From Rickettsiales bacterium (lineage in GTDB: Bacteria; Pseudomonadota; Alphaproteobacteria; Rickettsiales; SXRF01): a stretch of 54,158 nt of DNA. Below are positions 16,301-22,354 of the stretch, one piece after another. The notes below the pieces were generated by a model. The model was not told the DNA's origin, made no database searches, and saw only the letters and a program-made list of their open reading frames with translations. The translations under genes were made by a program, and so were the position numbers. The stretch's first letter is position 1. Every line of letters begins with the position of its first letter. The stretch is taken from assembly GCA_005792635.1 (NCBI GenBank), contig SXRF01000102.1, forward strand, positions 1-54,158. Reading direction: 5' to 3'.

Positions 16301-16467
16301 AGCCCTTCGGCTTCTGTGAAGATGGTTACGGTAGGACGATTCAGATCGGGAAACACATCCACTGGCAGCTTGCTGATGACAAACACGCCGTACACCAGCA
16401 GCATGGCAGAAGCGGCAACCACCAGAAGCCTGTTTTTTAGCGAAAACTGTATGATAGAGTTGAGCAT
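13345..16467 (-). CDS. Heavy-metal-efflux RND permease (CusA/CzcA family)
   Basis: 1040 aa. N-terminus [17 protein letters not shown]...[29 protein letters not shown] and a 12-TM RND architecture. TM4 reads [20 protein letters not shown]. Confidence 0.92.
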   Translation of the reverse strand: [1040 protein letters not shown]

Positions 16468-16469
16468 GG

Positions 16470-17423
16470 CTAATCCTTATGCTCGTCTTTTTTAGGTTCG
16501 GCTGATTTAGCGAATTGCAGCTGATAATTTCCCACCGTCACCACTTCTTCATCAGGGAACACGCCTTCCAAAACTTCACGATCATTGCTGAATTTTGCGC
16601 CGAGCTTCACGCTACGCCGCTCGAAATTATTGCCGCTACGGACAAACACAAACTGTTCGCCGCTTTCACCGAGGATTGCTTTCACCGGCACGGTTAGAAT
16701 GTCGGCGGGCGTGGTGATCTCAATCGACAACACCACCTGCATGTTTGCCAGCAATCGACGGTCAGGATTGTTTACTAGCGCATAGACATTGAACGTGCGG
16801 CTTCCGCGATCATACGCGCCATCCATACGCTGCACCGTTCCCGCAAGAGGTTCACCGCTTATCAAGTTGCTGGATACGCGCACCTTTTGCCCCACCTGAA
16901 TCTTGCCAACTTCCGGTGTTTCATACATGACACCGCGCACCAATATCTCAGACGGATCACCCACTTCCATCAACGCCGCTTCTGGCGTGACGGACTGCCC
17001 CAGCACCACGCTTTGTTTGGTGACAAAGCCGGTCAGCGGCGATGGAATGGCAACTGGCGAACTTCCAACAAAGATCGGCTGTATGGTAAGCAATCTTTGG
17101 CCTTTGGTGACTTTCTCTCCCACCTTGACGTGAATCTCAGATACACGGCCAGCAGCGCGGGAAGTAATGATTGCCTGACGTTCAGGCAGGAATTCAACGA
17201 GGCCATTCACATCTACGGAGGCGGCACGCGGGGCGATCACCGCTTTTACTGTCTGGATTCCGAGGTTGTTGATGGCTGTATCAGAAAGCGTTACCGTACT
17301 AACAACGCCCGAACCTCCCTCGGTACCGGGTGCTTCAGCATGATCTTCTCCCGCATGGGCGAAGGCTTGCCCTGCAAGCCCCATACTTCCCAGCAATGCG
17401 AGTGCGATAAACAGCTTCTTCAT
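16470..17423 (-). CDS. RND periplasmic adaptor (membrane fusion protein)
   Basis: 317 aa. Signal peptide ...GQAFA|HAGEDH. It has a barrel-sandwich/beta-barrel MFP pattern and is sandwiched between the OMF and RND genes with overlapping or adjacent junctions. Confidence 0.85.
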   Translation of the reverse strand: MKKLFIALALLGSMGLAGQAFAHAGEDHAEAPGTEGGSGVVSTVTLSDTAINNLGIQTVKAVIAPRAASVDVNGLVEFLPERQAIITSRAAGRVSEIHVKVGEKVTKGQRLLTIQPIFVGSSPVAIPSPLTGFVTKQSVVLGQSVTPEAALMEVGDPSEILVRGVMYETPEVGKIQVGQKVRVSSNLISGEPLAGTVQRMDGAYDRGSRTFNVYALVNNPDRRLLANMQVVLSIEITTPADILTVPVKAILGESGEQFVFVRSGNNFERRSVKLGAKFSNDREVLEGVFPDEEVVTVGNYQLQFAKSAEPKKDEHKD

Positions 17424-18643
17424 TTAATTTCCTCCAGCTTTCCGCCTAGTTCTAATTCCAGTTGCCCGCGTGCGTTCACGGCTTGCGCCAGCGCATCCAG
17501 TGCCTCATTCTCGCTGGTCAGTAATTTTTCGCGCACCTGCCAGACTTCAAGCGCATCGGCTTGGCCTTGGCGGAACATGCTGCGGGTGAGTTCATACGAT
17601 TTTCGGTATCCGGGCAGGATACTCTCAAAATAACTATCGGCGCGGCCTTGCAGCGCGGCGGCACTTTGTTGTAATTCTCCAATCACCTCTTTTTGGGGCA
17701 GGTTCACGAACAAATCTGCTTCCGATTTCACTTGGCGTAATTCTGCATTGGCACGTTTGCGTTCGGCATCGTTCTGATTCCAGAGGGGAATACGAAGGGC
17801 AATGCCTACGCCATAGGATTTTTCATCCCCATCGGGTGAGCGTGAGTAGATCAGGCGAGGCCCGATTTCCGGTAGGGCGGCATCCTGCTCTGCAACGCTT
17901 AAGCGGCGTTCTGCGGCATTAATACGACTTTTTACCACGTTACGGAGGTTGGATTGCTCTTTAGCGAAGGCCAGCAATTTCTCGGTGTCCTGCGGCACAT
18001 CAACAAAAGACGGGCGTTGCAATTCAGCCAGCTGGTAACTGCGCCCCGTCAGTCGCGCCAGATCGGTACGCACCTGCCGTAGTTCTGCTTCCACAGCGTT
18101 GGAATCAGCGCGAAGTTTTGCAGCATCAGAGGAAAAGAGGTGCGAGGCGGCGGGGCTGGTCTGGCCTTGTCCTGCGGATGTACCCACCAGTTTCTTCATT
18201 TTCTCCGCATCATCGGCATAATTCTCATAGAGCTTTTTACGCTCGGAAAGCAGCCATACCTGTGTGTACAGCACGGTGGTTTCGTTAATCACTTTCAGGA
18301 TTTCATATTTCTGTTCGGTGCTGGCGACATTGGATAATGCTTCGGCATAGCCGTAGCGTGCGCCGGAAAGCTGGGAAAACTTCAAAGGCTGGGTGAGTTC
18401 AACATCTGCGCCTGTGCCGTTCTCACCGCTGGCGCGGGTGGCATCGATATTGAATTCCGGATTATCCAGCAGCTTGGTTTCCGTGGCAGTTGCCAGCTTA
18501 TCTTCATAGTCACGCTGGACACGGAACAGGCTGGTATTTTTCTGCAAGCTCTCTCTAATCACCTGATCGAGCGTGATGGATTCGGCGAAAGCGGCAGCGG
18601 GGAAAGCCGCGCTGATGGCTATGATGGCGATAATTTTCTTCAC
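17420..18643 (-). CDS. TolC-family outer membrane factor of the RND system
   Basis: 407 aa with a signal peptide and two-repeat OEP helices. GTG start with a GGGGAGA RBS. It overlaps the MFP start by 4 nt. Confidence 0.85.
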   Translation of the reverse strand: MKKIIAIIAISAAFPAAAFAESITLDQVIRESLQKNTSLFRVQRDYEDKLATATETKLLDNPEFNIDATRASGENGTGADVELTQPLKFSQLSGARYGYAEALSNVASTEQKYEILKVINETTVLYTQVWLLSERKKLYENYADDAEKMKKLVGTSAGQGQTSPAASHLFSSDAAKLRADSNAVEAELRQVRTDLARLTGRSYQLAELQRPSFVDVPQDTEKLLAFAKEQSNLRNVVKSRINAAERRLSVAEQDAALPEIGPRLIYSRSPDGDEKSYGVGIALRIPLWNQNDAERKRANAELRQVKSEADLFVNLPQKEVIGELQQSAAALQGRADSYFESILPGYRKSYELTRSMFRQGQADALEVWQVREKLLTSENEALDALAQAVNARGQLELELGGKLEEIK

Positions 18644-18663
18644 TCGATTCTCCCCGAATTTGG

Positions 18664-18703
18664 TTAATAAAAGTGGCCTACTCTCTTACGAGATAGGCCA
18701 CTT
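18664..18703 (-). terminator. Stem-loop plus T-tract (intrinsic terminator or attenuator)
   Basis: Perfect 10-bp stem AAGTGGCCTA/TAGGCCACTT (18671-18680 and 18694-18703), followed on the minus strand by TTTTATT. It sits between 18715..19089 and the OMF gene. Confidence 0.45.
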
Positions 18704-18714
18704 ATACTAGCATT

Positions 18715-19089
18715 TTATTTGCAAGCTGCTGAAGAAAATACATAACCTCCACGCTCCGCACTGAGCACGCTGCAACTGAATGGATACTCGGACACGTCCG
18801 TGTAACGATTGAAATGTTTCACTTCGCCGCCTTTGTAGCCAATCTTAGCAAAATACTCTTGACTGCGCTTGGCTGTGCGTTGCTGCGGCGTAACGGCAAA
18901 ATCGTAATCATGATTTTTTGTCACCGCGCTGGTGTTGCTGCTGGTTTTTCCGATCCAGTATGCCTCACGGTCGTGAATCCGTTGGCGCTCCGGACTCATC
19001 GGGTAAGCGTTATCGTAGGCTTGCGCCGCCGAAGAAAGCAGAACCGCAGACAGTCCCGCAATGGTTAATATCCTGCTAATGTTTTTCAT
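18715..19089 (-). CDS. Secreted repeat protein (YP..QR..K...EYF units), unknown function
   Basis: The start was set to MKNISRILTIAGLSAVLLSSAAQA. It is a paralogue of 19825..20169 and shares KNxDYDFAVTPxQRTAKR. Confidence 0.55.
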   Translation of the reverse strand: MKNISRILTIAGLSAVLLSSAAQAYDNAYPMSPERQRIHDREAYWIGKTSSNTSAVTKNHDYDFAVTPQQRTAKRSQEYFAKIGYKGGEVKHFNRYTDVSEYPFSCSVLSAERGGYVFSSAACK

Positions 19090-19143
19090 ATTGTGTCTCC
19101 CAATCCTATGGTTAGTGGTTGGCTTACGGGGGTAAGCACTCAC

Positions 19144-19172
19144 TAATACGAAGAAGAAACGACCATCCCTCA
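19144..19172 (-). promoter_or_regulatory. ECF-type promoter motif TGAGGGAT-N14-CGTATTA
   Basis: Exact motif and spacing. It explains the spurious MRDG... N-terminal extension of track ORF 18715..19173. Confidence 0.6.
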
Positions 19173-19185
19173 AAAAAATTGCAGG

Positions 19186-19755
19186 TTATTTTCGTAAGGA
19201 AAACAGTGAAGAATCGAGCTTCTGGCCGAAATGGGCATTATTGAGAGATACGGAAGTCACTTGATTGGCGGCATCTGTGACGATCAGGTTCCGCAGCACG
19301 AAGGGCGAGTCCGAAAACTCCAAGGTGAGTTTGCCTTCTTCCGGTTTTTTCGCCTGGTGAAGCGTCACGCGCAACACGCCATCAACGTCCGATGCTTCCT
19401 CCACCACCACATTCTCGTCGAAACGGATGGGGTCGTTCATGAGAAATCCGGCTGGAGTGGAATCCATCGGGATGTAGGTTGTTTGCGCCAGCTCCTTATC
19501 AAAATAGATAAGCTGAGATCCGCTGCTCACCATCAGAATAGGTGTTGGCGGCGCGTACTCCCAACGCATCTTGCCTGGGCGTTCAAAATAAAACCTTCCC
19601 TCAGCCAGCAAGCCATCAGGCGACACCTGCGTAAAATCGGCTACGATGGTGCTGAGGCCGTTCAAATAGGCTTCCACACGACGCAGCGCATCGTCACCGG
19701 CACGCGCGGATGCAGAAGACAAAACAAAAATGATAGTAATGAGCAGCGCACGCAT
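19186..19755 (-). CDS. LolA-family (outer-membrane lipoprotein carrier-like) periplasmic protein
   Basis: 189 aa with a signal peptide. ...LSTIVADFTQVSPDG...GRFYFERPGKMRWEY... is typical of LolA-fold proteins. Confidence 0.7.
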   Translation of the reverse strand: MRALLITIIFVLSSASARAGDDALRRVEAYLNGLSTIVADFTQVSPDGLLAEGRFYFERPGKMRWEYAPPTPILMVSSGSQLIYFDKELAQTTYIPMDSTPAGFLMNDPIRFDENVVVEEASDVDGVLRVTLHQAKKPEEGKLTLEFSDSPFVLRNLIVTDAANQVTSVSLNNAHFGQKLDSSLFSLRK

Positions 19756-19824
19756 TCAAACTCTCAGAAATTAACGGGGCTGAAAGCGTTAGCTTCCAAA
19801 CCCCGTGATGAACCGATAGAGAGA

Positions 19825-20169
19825 TTATTTATTGAAGTAATCGTAATTACGCTTTGCAGTGCGTTGTGCAGGCGTAACAGCAAAATCGTAATCAGCATTT
19901 TTAGTAATCGCTGCACCGCTGCCGGTATTGCCCTTAGCCGCGAAATATTCAGCGTTGCTCTTGGCAAGGCGCTGCTGACGCGTCATAGGATAATCATCGT
20001 CCGTATTTTTCTGAACCGATGCACTACTGCCGGTTTTGCCATGCCAATATTCTTGCTGATTATGGGTACGCTGCTGTTTTGAACCCAGCGGATATGCGTT
20101 ATCGTTTGCCTGTGCTGTACTTGCCGAAGCTATCAAGGCGATAACGCTCAGCGTATAAAACATTTTCAT
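19825..20169 (-). CDS. Secreted repeat protein, three tandem ~33-aa units, unknown function
   Basis: The start was set to MKMFYTLSVIALIASASTAQA. Units: NDNAYPLGSKQQRTHNQQEYWHGKTGSSASVQK / NTDDDYPMTRQQRLAKSNAEYFAAKGNTGSGAAITK / NADYDFAVTPAQRTAKRNYDYFNK. Confidence 0.55.
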   Translation of the reverse strand: MKMFYTLSVIALIASASTAQANDNAYPLGSKQQRTHNQQEYWHGKTGSSASVQKNTDDDYPMTRQQRLAKSNAEYFAAKGNTGSGAAITKNADYDFAVTPAQRTAKRNYDYFNK

Positions 20170-20220
20170 AAAACCAACTCCTGTAAGAGTGACGAGACTT
20201 ATCGAAGGATAAGTACCCAC

Positions 20221-20249
20221 TATTACGAAGGGGAATTGGTCATCCCTCA
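20221..20249 (-). promoter_or_regulatory. ECF-type promoter motif TGAGGGAT-N14-CGTAATA
   Basis: Exact motif and spacing. The TGA of the motif is the stop codon of the sigma-factor gene. Confidence 0.6.
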
Positions 20250-20816
20250 CTTTTTCTTTGAGAGCTTTTCCGTTAATATCTTTCGCGCCCTGTAGACGCG
20301 GGTTTCAAGGGTCTTGGGCGTGATGCCGAGTAGTTCGGCACATTCTTCCTGTGATCGTTCTTCCACTGCAAAGGCGATCAGGGCGGATTTGAGTTTATGT
20401 GGCAGGCGGCTGATCTCCGATTCAACCCATGCCAGTTGCCGTTTGGTATCCACCACCTTGTCTGTGGGCGGTGCGTCGGACGCCAACGTGTCGCCCAACA
20501 CCAGATCTTCGCCGATTTCCTCATCCAGCGATACATGATGCTCACGGCCATTCTTGCGCCAGTAATCGCGGCAAAGATTCAGGGCGATTTGAAACAGCCA
20601 TGTCGAGAATTTATACTGAGGATTGAATTTATCGGCAGAGAAATAGAGCTTGGTGAAGGTTTCCTGCACCAAATCATAGGCTGTTTCTTCATTGTGGACA
20701 TAACGCAGCACAAAAGCATAAAGGCGGTGCTTGTACCGCCTCATTATTTCGTTAAGTGCAGGGTTTTCACCCTGTCGCAAACGCGCTATTAGTTCGTTGT
20801 CACTGCATTGTTCCAT
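20247..20816 (-). CDS. ECF-family RNA polymerase sigma factor (CnrH-like position)
   Basis: 189 aa. Sigma-70 region 2 (YDLVQETFTKLY...FSTWLFQIALNLCRDYWRK) and region 4 (ECAELLGITPKTLETRVYRARK). Confidence 0.9.
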   Translation of the reverse strand: MEQCSDNELIARLRQGENPALNEIMRRYKHRLYAFVLRYVHNEETAYDLVQETFTKLYFSADKFNPQYKFSTWLFQIALNLCRDYWRKNGREHHVSLDEEIGEDLVLGDTLASDAPPTDKVVDTKRQLAWVESEISRLPHKLKSALIAFAVEERSQEECAELLGITPKTLETRVYRARKILTEKLSKKK

Positions 20817-20828
20817 GAATCATTGTCA

Positions 20829-21266
20829 TCACTTGTTTTCAAGAAGCGCGCTTGCAGCCAAGTGATGTAGCTGTTTCGTCTGCTCCGGTGTCAGCACCTC
20901 CTGCATTTCGTAGAAATGCTCAATGGTGAGCTTTTGCAATTCTCCCTGAATGTGATGGATTTTTTCTACCCCAGCCTTCACGCGATCTGAATAGGCCATA
21001 TCCTTCAGCATAATTTCACTGAGTTCGCGGTTAGCCGCAGCAATCCGCACCTCGATCTCTTTTTTTCGCTCGGCGAATTTGTGCTCAATAGGGATCAGCC
21101 GCTGATCCTGCTCTGTGGTCAGCCCCAATTCTTTGTGCAGCCACTCATGCTCGGACAGCTGCGTTTGCGAGTGCGGAAATATCCAGCTATTGCTTATCCA
21201 GCAGACCCCGAAAGCAACAACGGCAACTATAAGCGTCAGCCGGAGGTCACGATAAAATGATTTCAT
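20829..21266 (-). CDS. Membrane-anchored periplasmic metal sensor, CnrX-like
   Basis: 145 aa with an N-terminal TM and then a helical domain. HEWLH...IPIEHKF...EIEVRIAAANREL...LQKLTIEHFYEM...LTPEQ aligns, from memory, with the CnrX ligand positions. Confidence 0.7.
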   Translation of the reverse strand: MKSFYRDLRLTLIVAVVAFGVCWISNSWIFPHSQTQLSEHEWLHKELGLTTEQDQRLIPIEHKFAERKKEIEVRIAAANRELSEIMLKDMAYSDRVKAGVEKIHHIQGELQKLTIEHFYEMQEVLTPEQTKQLHHLAASALLENK

Positions 21267-21613
21267 GTGTTCCTGTTTTTTGTGTTGATATTAGAGAAAA
21301 GAAGATAGCCTGGTTTTGAAGAAAAAACCTCAAAATTCAGCGCATCAGAAGCAGCAACCGGTCTATCAGGCAACGGATTGAAACTGGTCATCTGCCCCAT
21401 CGACAAACCGATGACAACCGCCAACGCAACGGGCGCAAGACGGTACTGCGGCTGGAATATCACCGACAGCAGCTGCTCGAACCAACCCACCGGTTGCTCC
21501 TGCTTGCGCGCTACGATCCGACTCCACACATCGCTTTCGAGATGCTTAAGTCCTGACGTATCTATCGGGCGCTCGAAATAGCGCCGCAGCAATTCATTGA
21601 TATTGAAGCTCAT
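21263..21613 (-). CDS. Small single-TM anti-sigma factor candidate (CnrY-like position)
   Basis: 116 aa: a short cytoplasmic N-terminus, the TM segment LAPVALAVVIGLSMG and a short periplasmic tail. ATGA overlap with the CnrX-like gene. First gene of a three-gene unit that ends in the ECF sigma gene. Confidence 0.55.
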   Translation of the reverse strand: MSFNINELLRRYFERPIDTSGLKHLESDVWSRIVARKQEQPVGWFEQLLSVIFQPQYRLAPVALAVVIGLSMGQMTSFNPLPDRPVAASDALNFEVFSSKPGYLLFSNINTKNRNT

Positions 21614-21644
21614 AAAACACTCCTTTTTGGTCGATCTACGCTTC

Positions 21645-21673
21645 TTATACGCAGAAAGTCCAGCGATCCCTCA
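21645..21673 (-). promoter_or_regulatory. ECF-type promoter motif TGAGGGAT-N14-CGTATAA (probably autoregulatory)
   Basis: Exact motif and spacing, about 30 nt upstream of ATG 21613, with an AAGGAG RBS in between. Confidence 0.6.
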
Positions 21674-21746
21674 GATTATTTTAGTGCAAGGGTTTTGTCT
21701 TAACCTTTTGACAATTCATCCCTCTTAGGGCTATCCTGCAATTCGA

Positions 21747-21895
21747 GGGGGCTGAAAATCCCCGTAAACTGCGATTATTTTAAGTAGGCTCGTATCAGAA
21801 AGCCCTGCCTCCGCACGCATGCGTCGGGAGGGGGCCTAATACAATACCCGCAAGGGGAATAAGCCTGCGCCCGTTTACGGCGATTTTCAGCTCCC
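21747..21895. repeat. ~150-bp imperfect long inverted repeat (structured RNA or MITE-like element candidate)
   Basis: Outer arms 21747-21769 and 21873-21895 pair over 23 positions with 1 mismatch and 1 G:T. The apex CCTCCGCACGCATGCGTCGGGAGG is palindromic. Internal bubbles lie between the arms and the apex. Confidence 0.5.
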
Positions 21896-21938
21896 GGCAC
21901 CATCCGGTGTCAATCCAGATAGCGATGGTACGAACCTA

Positions 21939-21967
21939 TAAGGGATAACCCTCATAGATTCGTACCA
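21939..21967 (+). promoter_or_regulatory. Near-consensus ECF-type motif TAAGGGAT-N14-CGTACCA on the plus strand
   Basis: One mismatch to the -35 consensus and identical 14-nt spacing. It lies immediately upstream of the XRE gene and is embedded in the 8-bp inverted repeat GGTACGAA/TTCGTACC. Confidence 0.35.
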
Positions 21968-21973
21968 CGCATT

Positions 21974-22354
21974 ATGCGCGGGAGCAACGTGAAGCAGGAA
22001 GCGATAGATTTTTACCAAGCTCTAGGAGTGGAATTACGCCAACAGCGGATCATCTGCGGCCTGTCGCAGAAACAGATAGGCGATGCGGTAGGCGTTACTT
22101 TCCAGCAGTGGCAAAAATACGAGCGCGGCACCAATCAGATCAGCCTCTACCTGCTAATGAAAGCAGCGCGCGAATTGCGCGTGCCGGTTACGCATTTTAT
22201 CTATCCCGAAACTACAGCCATAGAGCCTGACGCAAGCGTGGCGACGCAGCGCATGCGTGGCGCGCTGCTGAAGCATTTTCTCAAGATCAAACGACCGCAT
22301 GTCATCAAATGCGTGTTCGAGATGGTCAAAGTGATTGCGGAGAACGAGCCATGA
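21974..22354 (+). CDS. XRE-family helix-turn-helix transcriptional regulator
   Basis: The HTH LSQKQIGDAVGVTFQQWQKYERGTN is typical of the Cro/C1 class. An alternative start at GTG 21989 is preceded by GGGAG. Confidence 0.7.
   Translation: MRGSNVKQEAIDFYQALGVELRQQRIICGLSQKQIGDAVGVTFQQWQKYERGTNQISLYLLMKAARELRVPVTHFIYPETTAIEPDASVATQRMRGALLKHFLKIKRPHVIKCVFEMVKVIAENEP

Noticed and set aside
18715-19173. Track ORFs 18715..19173 and 19825..20250 both begin with a conserved MRD(G/D).F.FV.V..YP N-terminus.
   Set aside because: The conserved stretch is the DNA motif TGAGGGAT-N14-CGTA read as protein, starting from TTG or GTG. True starts are the downstream ATGs (19089 and 20169), which are followed by signal peptides.
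21747-21895. Assigning the long hairpin specifically as 6S RNA (ssrS).
   Set aside because: Only the general closing-stem, bubble and apical-stem shape fits. I cannot verify the conserved 6S features or the usual genomic context, so it is reported as an unassigned structured element instead.
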